DNA from: Octopus sinensis
Taxonomy: Eukaryota
Length of the DNA: 64,000 nt
NCBI RefSeq assembly: GCF_006345805.1
Contig: NC_043011.1
Span: 50,232,464-50,296,463, forward strand
Direction of reading: 5' to 3'
Part shown: piece after piece, positions 12,071 through 25,081 of the stretch
Numbering within the stretch: the stretch's first letter is position 1
How the letters are laid out: each line of letters opens with the position of its first letter
The notes under the pieces: generated by a model
Seen by the model: only the letters and a program-made list of their open reading frames with translations
The model's database searches: none
What the model was told of the DNA's origin: nothing
Program-made: the position numbers and the translations under genes

Positions 12071-12167
12071 TTTAAAATTTACAACAGATGTTTCAGTAGA
12101 ATTTTATTGTTGTATTTATAGATTACATCAAAGCTTAAAATACATTATCTTCAGGTAAAATTTTAAA
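12071..12167 (-). ncRNA. Type I hammerhead-like motif with long stem II domain
   Basis: TTTAAAATTTTAC-CTGAAGA-53 nt-GAAAC-ATCT-GTT-GTAAATTTTAAA; 12-bp stem I with one bulge; base of stem II does not pair. Confidence 0.5.
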
Positions 12168-12248
12168 CAGGTATCAAGCAGGTGAAATGACACCAACTTT
12201 GATTGGATTTGTTACCATCAAGGTGTTATTTCACTTGTTCATATCAGC

Positions 12249-12336
12249 TTAAAATTTTACCTGAAGATGGTGGGCGATATGCTATGATTCTTTGAATACC
12301 TCACTAAAATTCGAAAGAGTTGTCGTAAACTTTAAA
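12249..12336 (+). ncRNA. Type I hammerhead-like motif, inverted partner of 12071-12167
   Basis: TTAAAATTTTAC-CTGAAGA-TGGTGGG..CTCACTA-AAATTC-GAAA-GAGTT-GTC-GTAAACTTTAAA. Confidence 0.5.
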
Positions 12337-12360
12337 CCCCATTTGTTTTGTTTTTATATG

Positions 12361-12748
12361 TAGGTGTGTCTGTATGGTAAGAAACTTGCTTTTCAACCAC
12401 ACGGCTCCCAGTTCAGTTAAACTGCCTGGAAACTTGGACAAATTTCTTTTAAGACAGCCATCAGCTAACCAAGGTCTTATGAGCGGATCTGGTACACAGA
12501 ACCTAAAGGAAACGTTTTATATATGTGTAAGCAAGCAGGTTTGTATATGTCATTCTGTGTGTCGTTGTTCCACAGCAGCACTTGCCAGCTGGTGTTGGTG
12601 TGTTTACATCCTCGTAACTTAGGGGTTCGGCACAATAGACTCATAGAAAGATTTTAATAAAAAAGTACTGGAATCAGTTAATTCGACGAAACATTCTTCA
12701 AGGCGGTACCACAGTATGGCCGAAGTTTAGTAACCGATACACGTAAGG
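12361..12748 (+). mobile_element. SINE family A, old diverged copy
   Basis: Recognisable head (TGTATGGTAAGAAACTTGC) and tail (TTCTTCAAGGCGGTACCACAGTATGGCCG). Confidence 0.7.
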
Positions 12749-12751
12749 GTA

Positions 12752-12783
<32 letters not shown>

Positions 12784-12847
12784 TATATTATATATTAACT
12801 GATTCCAGTACTTTTTTATTAAAATCTTTCTATGAGTCTATTGTACG

Positions 12848-12936
<89 letters not shown>

Positions 12937-13064
12937 ATATATGTATATATGTATATATGTATATACGTACATACACATATACATGCATATATATATGGAT
13001 GTGTGAGCGTGTGTGTATCTCCATGTCCGTGTCTGTGTGTTTGCATATATATATATATATATAT

Positions 13065-13560
13065 ATGAGTACAGGACACCACAAATAAACAGTGAACACA
13101 ACGAGAAACGAAAACATAAAAACAAACAAGGAAACGGACTTTTTTAACAACGAAAAAACAGAGTACAAGACAAACAATACAAGGAATATTCCCCTTCATC
13201 AGCTGCCCCTGGTTCGACTCAATGCGTGTTTCGAAGGTAAGGGCAGAACACGATCCGGCCGAAGATGTCCTTTCTGAAAAATGAATTAAATAAAATTCTT
13301 TTGCAGAGGGGCAAAAAAAGAAAAAATGTGACAAGAACAGGACGTAAAAGCAATACAAATAAAAATACAGTACACATAAGGAATAAAAACAGGACAAGGA
13401 AACCAACATTGAGGGCATTTTTAAGCCTAGACGGTGGAAAAATTCGTTGGAACGCGGTTCAGAAGATCGACTTACTAGAGACAGAAGAAGTCGATGTTGA
13501 CTTGTTGAAGTCTGCGAGCGAAAGAAAGTTTAGTAGTCCGGTCAGCGGCCAGAGAGAGGA
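13065..13560 (-). mobile_element. Unclassified interspersed repeat (F3), possibly Penelope pLTR-derived; partial second copy at 13846-13915
   Basis: AGTACAGGACAC..CAAATAAAC...ACAACGAGAAACGAAAACATAAAAACAAACAAGGAAACG duplicated; carries hammerhead core strands at 13191-13246. Confidence 0.5.
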
Positions 13561-13914
13561 AGAGTGAGAGAGAGAGAGATAGAGAGGAAAAGAAACCAGA
13601 AAGGGTGAAAAATAAGAAGGAGAGAGACAGGTAGAGAGGAAGGCAGACAGGCAGGAAGGAAAGGTCAAGTAAAGGGTTAAAGAATGCGCGTCATAATTAT
13701 TAATAAAAACTTACTTGGAGGATAAGAATCGACGCGAGGCGTTCAGTCATATAATAACAATTTAACAAATAAAACATATGCATACATACATACATATATG
13801 TACATACCTACATCTATATGTATATATACATGCATATATATATATGAGTACAGGACACGACAAATAAACCTAGACCACAACGAGAAACGAAAACATAAAA
13901 ACAAACAAGGAAAC

Positions 13915-14247
<333 letters not shown>

Positions 14248-14989
14248 TCGCACACAAATGCTTTCATATATACATATAAACTTATATTCACACACAACTA
14301 TGTATACAGATATAATATAGGCATATGTCAGTTTATCTTCTCGAACTTTTTGCTTGTTATCCCGTATATCTTTACATATTTTCTAAATCTGCTCTGGTTT
14401 TATAACACAACTTTCCACATACTCACATTCACACACACACACCAACACACACAAACCCAAGCGCATAGAAATGAAAAGAGACGTGTACGAGTAAACGGAT
14501 GTACACATATTCATTATGGCTTCTCTACAGGTTAGCTTTAACAAACGTTAACATTCAAAATGGCCGCAAGGGGGAATTATTGTTTAGAGAAGTTTGAGGC
14601 ATATTATGTAATATAGCAGTGTGATATGTAGACATTCACCTCTCTCCGCAAATACACATAGACAGGCAGACACACGCACGCACATATGGACGCAGACACA
14701 AACAAGTATGCAGACAGACGCACACTAACAGATGCATATACACAAATACTAATGAACGTTCCCGCACACGCAACACAACGACTCCTTCGGTTGCCCACGC
14801 ATGCGCATGAATGAGTCCTAACAATAATATTAAAATAGTTGAATAAACACAGACAATCCTACACACACATACACACACAGTCATTTGTAAACATAAATAT
14901 AACATATGCACATATCTGTATGTATGTATGTATGTATGTATGTATGTATGTATGTATGTATGTATGTATGTATGTATGTGTGTATGTAT

Positions 14990-15022
<33 letters not shown>

Positions 15023-15082
15023 TATATATATAAGCATATATATATATATGCGTGTGTGTGTATAAAGATATATATCATATAC

Positions 15083-15125
<43 letters not shown>

Positions 15126-15167
15126 GCGTGTGTGTGCATAAAGATATATATCATATACATATAAATA

Positions 15168-15241
<74 letters not shown>

Positions 15242-15583
15242 TAAATCATGTATTCATGTTCATACCTACATATATCTATATATGTAGTTATGAATGTATA
15301 TATATAATGTATATATATTATATACATTATCTTTTCTGTCTGTTAATGTATGTGTTCATGTAATCTGATATGAGCAGTAAAACTTTAAGCAAGTTTTGCT
15401 CGAGGTAAAAGAAATACGAAGTGATGTGAGGATGTTCAATCATGTCCCTGAGGGCATTTTCGAAGTAAGTAATGGTGTAACATGGCCCCCTAGCTTCTAA
15501 GTGATACAGATTCCTGAAATTAGTTGAAGGAAAGATTATACACATTCTAAGACGCATAAATACATTTGTATATACATACATGC

Positions 15584-15616
<33 letters not shown>

Positions 15617-16656
15617 TGTATGTATGTATGTATGTATGTATGTATGTATGTGTATGTGTGTGTGTATATAAATGTATCTCTTAACATGCATTTAAGTGCT
15701 CATGTGTCGTTATTTGGCTACCTCCATCCTCTTATTATATTACTCTTATATAAATATATGTATGTATGTATGTAAGTATGTAGGTAGGTAGGTATATACA
15801 TATACACATACATACATACATAGAAAAGCATACATGCATACATATATCCACAGAGACCTTCCTGCTTGTATTTACCAAAACAGTACATATATATATATAT
15901 ACCCACGCATTCACACACACACATACACACGCACACAAGCAACTGAAACAGACACACAATTTAGACGGAAAATGACTACGCACATTCGTAGAAGAATATA
16001 CCACTTGATTTGAACTTCGTGGAGAAAATGGCGATGGTGATATTTGAATAACAAATTTTATGAGCAAATTAGGAATACAAATTGGGATTGAATGTTTAGT
16101 GATGAAATATTATTGTCAAATAGGAAGGTTTGGTTTGTAGTGATAAATTCTAACGCAAAACTAGACGATTATTGTGTACCACTTAGAGAAAATCCTTGTA
16201 GAATATGTCATAGATATTTGGAGGAAAATTAGAAAATAAAATGTTTGGATGGCAAATTTTTACGGCAAATTTTGAAGGTAAGGGAGAGTGAATGTTATTG
16301 CTACAAGATAACTCTTGTTCCATTTTGTATTATGGATTACACAAAGACGAAAATATTGCATTTATATCTGGTTCTGTTCAAATCTGGATTTTAGATTCAC
16401 TAATTGGTACCAGGGGTTTCTTAACTGAAAATGTATGAGAGAAATATATAGGGTTTCGAATTCAATAAACTTATCGTGCTCACTTCACAACTCATACACA
16501 CATAATACATGCATATATACCTCGCATGCACATACATACCTACATAAATACATATATAATGTGCATAAACACACATACACACACATATATAAATATCTGC
16601 ATATATACATATATATATGTATACATATGCACATATATATATGTATATATATGTAC

Positions 16657-16699
<43 letters not shown>

Positions 16700-16703
<4 letters not shown>

Positions 16704-17872
16704 TTGTCCAAAAAATGTATACACACTTTAAATAATTGTAAAGTAGGTGTTTATTAGAATACATTTAATTTTCCAAATTTAATAGAATCTACAGAGTTAG
16801 TACACAATTTATTGTTTTATAAACGCCTGTTTTCAAAGTGACATCCATTCTGGTCCAGGCACTGCTGACAACACGAACCATTGGAATTGATATTTGTGTG
16901 CATTTTTGTTCAATGGCTGCACTCAAATCAGCGACTGTTGCAGGTTTCATAGCATATACTTTGTCTTTTAGGTATCCCCATAAAAGAAAGTCTAGTGGTG
17001 TGAGGCCTGGTGAATGTGGAGGGTATTCAATAAAACCCCTTAATCCAATCCACCTGTCTGACAATATCTCATCAAGGAAGGATCTAACATCGCGATGGAA
17101 GTATGAGGTTGCCCCATCTTGCTGACAATAAAACTCCTCATCTTCAAAGTCTTCTCTAATGCTTGCAGCAAATTCAATTAAACGGGATCAGTCACAGTAG
17201 TGTCAAAAATTAATGATTTAATTAATGCTCTTGATGATATGCTACACCACACTGTAACTCCTGTTAAATTAACACGGTGTTCCAATATAACATGCAGATT
17301 CTTAGGTTCCCAGCAGGTGCCACTCCACACAATGTTTGTTGGAAAGAGTACATCTTCTACGTGTCATACCAAGTACCACTTTCAATACTGTACTCTTCGG
17401 TCTGGATCATTGTCACTAATAGCATGGAGTAATCTTGGAACGTAACTTTTTCCATTGACAACGCTTCAAAATGCGTTGGACAGAGGACCTTGAAATACCT
17501 ACCTCACTACTCGCTTGTCACATTGGTGATACGTTTCCAGCACTCCTTCTTGCTTTGTGAGGGTTGTCAATGTTCGTGGTTTTCCAGAACTCTTCTCCTG
17601 GATAATCTGAACTGTTCCATCGGCTTCAAACTGATCTCTAATTTGAGTGACGGTACGTCGCGTTGTTGGATCTGTTTGAAACTCTCTCCTAAAATATCTT
17701 TGCACTTCAACTGTGTTTTCATACTTCTAGTAGCAGTTTAGAATGAAGTTCCTTTTGTTCAAAGGTTTGTCTGACGATCACCACCATTAATTTCAATGGG
17801 TTTCATCTGGAAAGAAAAACAACAATTGAGTTATCAACAGCTAAAGTATGTTGACATTTCTTGGAACAGCCT
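16700..17872 (-). mobile_element. Decayed Tc1/mariner-superfamily DNA transposon (maT/rosa-like)
   Basis: N-terminal MQRYFRREFQTDPTTRRTVTQIRDQFEADGTV (HTH); YCQQDGA; EYPPHSPGLTPLDFLLWGYLKDKVY; degenerate TIRs CAGATTGTCCAAAAAATGTATACACAC vs rc TGTTCCAAGAAATGTCAACATAC; TA at left end. Confidence 0.85.
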
Positions 17873-17877
17873 CTCTA

Positions 17878-17935
<58 letters not shown>

Positions 17936-18453
17936 TATAATAATTTATAATTATATAAAATAATTATATCATAGAGTGCAGATAAACCCCACCAACACGT
18001 TAGAAATAGACGCAAATGGCACTAAAAACCACATCCATGCTCCATTAGCACAGGTTGTATGCGGACAGAGGAAACGATAAATAAGATTCTTGATCAATTG
18101 TAAATCGATTTCTATCTTAGCGTGGAAGAAACAAACACTTTGCTGTCATCAGTACAATATGTCAAAGTATATAGATGCAAATATCTATACATACGAACAA
18201 CATATCCGCACGACTATATACATTCATTTACGTGTATATACTAGCAAAAAAATCCAGTTTTTCTTCTCATCTCAACCACGTGTATTTATTATCAAAATAA
18301 TCTCGCAGTGAATACAATTTTGATCGGGAGCAAAAATATATATTTTATAAAATGAAGGATAAAATCGCTTTGATGATTTTATCGAGTGGCCGGCGTGAAT
18401 TAAAAATCTTGAAGATACCTTCTTCTTTATATATATATATATTATATATATAT

Positions 18454-18494
<41 letters not shown>

Positions 18495-18495
<1 letters not shown>

Positions 18496-18890
18496 GAGCA
18501 GTATCGCCCGGCGTTGCTCGGTTTGTAAGGGAAATAACTATATAAGCATTTTTAGAGAGTTATAGCCCAAAAATAGCAAAAAAATGCATTAGAAATGGAA
18601 AAAAAATTATGGTAAAATTTTTTTAAATCGTTGACTCATCGTAGACATTTTTAGAGAGTTACTTCCCTTATATAATAGCGAAAAAAATGCATTAAAATGG
18701 AAAAAATGATAGTAATTTTTTTTTTAAATCGTAGACTCATCGTAGACGCGCGCTAATACCCAGAAGGGCTCGATATGAATCACGACTATAAGATACCCGG
18801 TTTTGGTTAAACTGCACCGCAAAATGTGGGAGTAGTTAGGAATCTAAATCGTAGGAGACAGACACACAACTTGACTTTTATATATAAAGA
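18495..18890 (-). mobile_element. Non-autonomous Helitron-like element
   Basis: Minus strand starts A|TC and ends with a GC-rich hairpin (CCGAGCAACGCCGGG) then CTCG|T (CTAG variant); internal ~100-bp tandem duplication. Confidence 0.65.
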
Positions 18891-19394
18891 TATACATACA
18901 TGCATACAAATAATGGATGCGCTAAAAGTGAGAGAAAATTTGTGTACAGGTTGTAGCTCTTAATAGTATTCACGATAAACTGTCTCAATTGCATAAATAG
19001 ATAGGTTTCTATGCAACCAGTCACAAGGTAATATAAAGCGCACATCTATTCCGAGAGAAAAACATGAAGTATGGGTTTGGAATATCTTTTATAGCAAATC
19101 GGTTTCTGCCCGTTTCTGCCATCAATTATTGATAATCGATTATGGGAAATTGTAAATGTGATTTTCATGGAGCAAAACCTTCATCCCGATCACATCGTCA
19201 GACAGGGTCAACATAGAGTAAGATATGCATGCACATTCATTTATTTGACAAACTGCGACTTTCCGCTTCTTTAACCTAATATATATCCAAACTAACGTCG
19301 AAAGGGGTTTGGTTTAAAAAATCAAATGGACGACCCTTGACTCGGCGCTCCCTACAACCAGATAGCGTACCTGCTTTTTTACAGATACAATCAA

Positions 19395-19575
19395 CAACCG
19401 GCGAGTTTCATACTTTAATATTACATCACTTCATTCCTCCGAGATCGACTTTGCCTTTCATCCATTCGGGGTCGATAAAATAAGTACCAGTTGAGCATTG
19501 GCGTCAATGTAATCGACTTACTCCCTTCCCCGAATAAACTAGTGGCATTGTGCCACAATTTGAAACCAATATTAG
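19395..19575 (+). mobile_element. SINE family B, older subfamily with alternative tail
   Basis: GACTTTGCCTTTCATCCATTCGGGGTCGATAAAATAAGTACCAG...TTTGAAACCAATATT. Confidence 0.75.
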
Positions 19576-19625
19576 GTCATTTCGAGGAGGTGCGTGGTTT
19601 AGTGGTTTTGTTGTTGGACTCATGT

Positions 19626-19975
19626 GGAGGCGCAATGGCCTAGTGGTTAGGGCAGCGGACTCGCGGTCGTAGGATCGCGCTTTCGATTCCCAGACCGGGT
19701 GTTGTGAGTGTTTATGGAGCGAAAACACCTAAAGCTCCACAACTTTCTCTCACCACAACTTTCTCTCACTCTTACTTCCTATTTCTGTTGTACCTGTATT
19801 TCAAGGGGCCGGCCTTGTCACTCTCTGTGTCACGCTGAATATCTCCGGGAACTACGTTAAGGGTACACGTGTCTGTGGAGTGCTCAGCCACTTACACGTT
19901 AATTTCACGAGCAGGTTGTTCCATTGATCGGATCAACCGGAACCCTCATCGTCGTAACCGACGGAGTGCTTCCAT
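19626..19975 (+). mobile_element. SINE family C (tRNA-derived), with internal deletion
   Basis: GGAGGCGCAATGGCCTAGTGGTTAGG head, TTCGATTCCC B-box, tail GTAACCGACGGAGTGCTTCC. Confidence 0.9.
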
Positions 19976-20088
19976 GTTGGACTCATGATAGTAAGATTCG
20001 CGAACCAGGTGACACCTTCGTGTTCTTTGAGCAAAACACTTCATTTCCCGCCGATGAGAGCCGCGTACTGAATCTGAGAAAAGGGAAT

Positions 20089-20310
20089 TGCATGCCAGAT
20101 GGTCTGCAAATCTAACGGAGGCCTCAAAAGACATTTTAAGATCCACAAAGATCAGAACTTAACTGCAGAACTTAAAATATGTAATCTATGTGGCCATCTT
20201 TTCAAAACATTTTCTAGTTTAAATAGCCACATGAGTTGCCATGAGGGTTCTAAGGTGTTGGTACAGGAAGTTGTCAAATTGTGCATAAGGTGTAGACAAC
20301 CACCATATAC
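20089..20310 (+). mobile_element. 3' end of a C2H2 zinc-finger-encoding retroposon (RTE-like)
   Basis: CQMVCKSNGGLKRHFKIH and CNLCGHLFKTFSSLNSHMSCH, ending AGACAACCACCATATAC(TA)n; second copy at 27987-28594. Confidence 0.75.
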
Positions 20311-20378
<68 letters not shown>

Positions 20379-20496
20379 TGTATGTATGTAGATATGTATA
20401 TATATGAAAGTATATATATATGTGTGTGTGTGTGTGTATATGTGTGGGCGTGTGTACATGTGAATGTATATATTTGTATGTCTGTGTGTCTTTGTA

Positions 20497-20632
20497 TCAG
20501 CGTGTCTTTTGCCTCCCCACCACAACCACCGCCACTTAGTGGTTCGGCAAAAGAACTAATAGAATAAGAACTAGGCCTATTCTATTTGTTGAATTATAAT
20601 TCTTCAAAGCGCTACTCCAACATAGTGGCCAC
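20497..20632 (+). mobile_element. SINE family A, 3'-half fragment
   Basis: CACTTAGTGGTTCGGCAAAAGA..ATAGAATAAG..TTCTTCAAAGC..CTCCAACAT. Confidence 0.65.
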
Positions 20633-20696
20633 ATAGATAGACAGGCATACAGGCAGAAAGACAGACAGACAGACAGACATATAGATAGATAGGTAA

Positions 20697-20759
<63 letters not shown>

Positions 20760-21340
20760 TGAATGTACACACCCATATATACATACATTCGTACACACAT
20801 ACGTGCATGCATGCATACATAAATACACACACGCGTATCGCATACATACATGCATACATACATACATACATACATACATACATAACATACACGAAGCATA
20901 TTTGGTGTGCGAGACTATTTATCGCAAATACGGTTAATACTATCTCCAGCTTTAAAGCCACAACTATCAACCCTATCAAATAACTGCTTAATCCTCAGAT
21001 AAATTAACCGAGGCAGCCTTTTATTCAACATCTTAGTGAATTTCGACAGAGAGTTGAATTTACCATTCAAAGAGTTACTACAAACAAGATGGCTGGATAG
21101 AGCATCAACAACAGAGCCGAAGAACAAAATGAAAACGGTGCTCAACTGGTAAGCAGATTATTTCTAGTAGTTATAGAAGAAATCGTAACTACAAAATGTA
21201 TTTTTCTTGGCGTTATAGATTGAATACTGATTTATTTAATTGTTATAAAAGAGCGATGAAAAACCTGCTGCTGGATAAATGTATAGATTGAAATAATATT
21301 GGGATGACCTACAGCCAGAACTAAATCCTACATACATATA

Positions 21341-21643
21341 CAGTTGCGGCCGAAATGTTCAGAACGGCATTGTTTTCGCCAGAAAAGTAGGTATAAGTTT
21401 TTATCAAAGTTGTTTTATGTTCTATAATTTTCACGGACAATAAATACAATATTAATTGTTATTGTCTGGGATTTCGGTGTAATTTGAGAGGATAATACAA
21501 AAGTTATGGATGATTTAGTGATTTACTGCAAAACCCATGGCGGCCAAAATGAACAGAACGGTTGCTTAAAACAACTTTGATAAAAACTTATACCTACTTT
21601 TCTGGCGAAAACAATGCCGTTCTGAACATTTTGGCCGCAACTG
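21341..21643. mobile_element. 303-bp MITE, Tc1/mariner type
   Basis: 77-bp TIRs (21341-21417, 21567-21643) with one mismatch, starting CAGTTGCGGCC; TA at left flank. Confidence 0.9.
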
Positions 21644-22045
21644 TTTACCTACATCCATATACACGATGGGCTTCCACACAATTTCTGTCATTCAAATCTG
21701 TTAATCTATTGTCAATCCATGACAGTCATGTCTTTGACATTTATTGTATTCAAGCAAGCTGCGCCTCTCCTCTTGAAAATAGAAAATTGTTATTTTAAGT
21801 AGATATCAGTTTCTACATGTAGCACGTTCAGATATTACATATTACTTATTAATCACCTTTTGTTAGTGTTTCACGTTGTATGATGAGGTTTGTTAACTAC
21901 CCAGTGTGTTGCACTGACGATTGCACGATCGTGGGTTCCATTCTCTCATAGAGGATTGTGGGTAGAGGTATGCGTTTTGTTCTTCAGCAGAATACTTGAT
22001 CTCACGTTGCTCTGTGATCATTTCAGTAACTGACGTGTGACATAC

Positions 22046-22461
22046 TTATTTCTTTACTACCCACAAGGGGCTAAACGCAGAGAGGAAAAACAAGGACAGA
22101 CAAACGGATTAAGTCGATTATATCGAGCCCAGTGCATAACTGGTACTTATTTAATCGACCCCGAAAGGATGAAAGGCAAAGTTAACCTCGGCGGAATTTG
22201 AACTCAGAACGAAGCGGCAGACGAAATACCTATTTCTTTATTACCCACAATGGGCTAAACACAGAGGGGACAAACAAGGACAGACAAACGGATTAAGTCG
22301 ATTATATCGACCCCAGTGCATAACTGGTACTTATTTAATCGACCCCGAAAGGTTGAAAGGCAAAGTCGACCTCGGCGGAATTTGAAGTCAGAACGAAGCG
22401 GCAGACGAAATACCGCTAAGTATTTTGCCCGGCATTCTAACGCTTCTGCCAATCCACCGCC
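22046..22461 (-). mobile_element. SINE family B head plus tandem dimer
   Basis: Two body units joined at AAATA|GGTATTTCG; flanked by 8-bp direct repeat TGACATAC. Confidence 0.9.
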
Positions 22462-23486
22462 TGACATACCATGACGTGTGACATACCATGCAGCTGTACT
22501 GGAAATGTCGATTTGATGGAGACAGTGAGCTAATGTGCGACGCAGACATTAAACAAATAATCTATGCAAATTGTACGGCAAGACATCGTACAACATTCAG
22601 CAATCGTCTACAAAGGAGATTCAACTTTTTAACATTATCCAGCTTTCATTGAGCACGTGTATGATCCAGGCATGACCATCCCATCTGTTTCTCGCTTATA
22701 GCTTCATTGAGCAATATACCTCTTCGTTAAGGCAGATATCTACCATTGAATGAAATTTTAAATTCTTACTAACATTATGGTTGACACCATTGAATTTCTC
22801 TCGGCACCTGGGGGCTGTCTATTAGCAGATTCTGACGACTTTTCAATTCACATTTCGCTGGAATTTCATCTGCTAAGTCCTTGAAACTGCAGAATGGCTC
22901 CTATAGTTCAATTGTTACATTTTCTCTCTTCATCTCTACCACTTTGCACTCTTGACTTGATTCATATGTACTTTCTGTGGTCGCCTGCGGACATATATTT
23001 CGGGGAGTGTGTGTATGAGTATGCAATGTGAGTGCGCAGAGCTAATTAGCTCACTGCAAATATATCTTGTTTGCTTATATGTACACAGAAGCGCACAACA
23101 TATGTATACTTCCATTTCACCCATCTCTCCATCCATATATACATACATACATACATACATAAACACATTCATACGTATGTATGCATAACGTCTGAATTCA
23201 TATATATAGTTTTGTATTTGGTTGACATCATAGCCCTGGGAACTCGCGTGTTTAAACATATTTTATTGTATCTTGGGAGGTTCATTAAACCAAACAATAA
23301 ATACACGTACAGGTTCAATTTCACTTCGTTATCATTACTCAATTTGTCAGTGATTTAAACAACTGATTGGTTCCTCACGTAATCAGTCGCATAATCAGCT
23401 TACTTGTGAACGTCCACAAATCTACATACAAATTTCACGCATACATACATACATATACATACATATGCATGCATATATATGTCAGT

Positions 23487-23523
<37 letters not shown>

Positions 23524-23526
23524 TAT

Positions 23527-23568
<42 letters not shown>

Positions 23569-23784
23569 GTGTGTGTCTGTGTCTCTGTGTGTCTGTGTGT
23601 GTCTGTGTGTGTCAGTGTGCGCATGTGTGTGTGTATGTATGTATTTATATAAATGTACGTATATATACATATCCGCATGTGTATATATAACTCATGTTCC
23701 CTCACATTTTGTAACGATTAAATTATTCCTATATATATACACACACATAAATATATATATATATAGTTTTATATGTATGTATAT

Positions 23785-23839
<55 letters not shown>

Positions 23840-24469
23840 TATATATATTATATATATATATATTATATATATGTACGTATGCATGTATGTATGTATGATG
23901 TACATATGTATGTATGTACATTTGATCTTTTTTTTTAATACTTGCATAGAAGTTTATGCAAATCAATGTCTGCTCGCGAATGGAGTCATTCGTTAATTGC
24001 ATGTGTTAATATCAGTAATTAAAAAGGAAACACGTTCGTACCGGAGAATTGTAGAAGTTGCCAATTTGTTAGCTTAATTCTAATAATGACATACATTACT
24101 ATATAGAAAACAAAAACACTCAACTGAAGGATGTCGCATTCTTTAACATCTTAGCTGTAGGATTTGCAAATACTTTTGTACAACAAACGCTACAATTGTT
24201 ACTGGCTACTCTAGTTGTTGTTATCCTTTCATCTCCTTCCTCTTCTTCTTTTTCTTCATTCGCTTCTTATTCTTTATCTCTTCCTCCGCCCTCTTCTTTT
24301 TCCACTGTTTGTCCCAATGCAGCGCCTGATCACTACATCGAGCAGATTTACTATAAAAGATTTCTATCCGTGACTTTCCTACTGAAAGTTCTTCTATAAA
24401 TAGGACTTAAAATACATTTGACTATTATTTCGAGCAGTTCGAGTGACTGTGTACAGGTTCCATTACTAT

Positions 24470-24646
24470 GTTTCCTGTTGTTGTTGTTGTTGTTGTTGTT
24501 GCTGTTGTTGTTGTTGCTGTTATTGTTGTTACTGTTGCTGTTGCTGTTGTTGCTGTTGCTGTTGCTGCTGTTGTTGTTGTTGTTGTTGTTGTTGATGACG
24601 ATGATGAGGATGATGTTGATGATGCTGCTGCTGCTGCTGTTATTGT
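24470..24646. repeat. (GTT/GCT/GAT)n triplet array
   Basis: Direct reading. Confidence 0.95.
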
Positions 24647-24676
24647 TGTCTATACCTAGGTAAGCTTTGATAGAAC

Positions 24677-25081
24677 GAGTATTCTTTTCTACTCTAAGTA
24701 CAAAGCCCGAAATTTAGGGGAAGAGAGCCAGTCGATCAGATCCCAGTGTGCGACTGGTCTTTAATTTATCGACCCCGAAAGGATGAAAGACAAAGTTGAC
24801 CTCGGCGGAATTTGAACTCAGAACATAAAGACAGACGAAATACCTACTTCTATTTCTTTACTACCCACAAGGGGCTAAACACAGAGGGGACAAACAAGTA
24901 CAGACAAACGGATCAAGTCAATCACATCGACCCCAATGCGTAACTGGCACTTATTTAATCGACCCCGAAAGGATGAAGGGCAAAGTCGACCTCGGCGGAA
25001 TTTGAACTCAGAACGTAGCGGCAGACGAAATACCGCTAAACATTTCGCCCGGCGCGCTAACGTTTCTGCCAGCTCGCCGCC
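24677..25081 (-). mobile_element. SINE family B dimer with two different tails
   Basis: Flanked by direct repeat CTTTGATAGAAC (24665-24676, 25081-25092). Confidence 0.9.

Noticed and set aside
13265-13567. 100-aa basic ORF
   Set aside because: Lies inside A-rich repeat F3; no domain recognised.
19626-19700. tRNA genes at SINE heads
   Set aside because: A/B boxes are present but there is no complete cloverleaf or acceptor stem; each continues into a SINE body with TSDs.
20099-20407. Host C2H2 zinc-finger gene exon
   Set aside because: No TGEKP-type linkers, ends in a (TA)n tail, and has a dispersed decayed paralog at 27987-28594, so it is better explained as a retroposon.
22823-22875. CTGACGA flanked by AGCAGAT/ATCTGCT
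   Set aside because: No stem II, GAAA mutated and no room for stem III; treated as coincidence.
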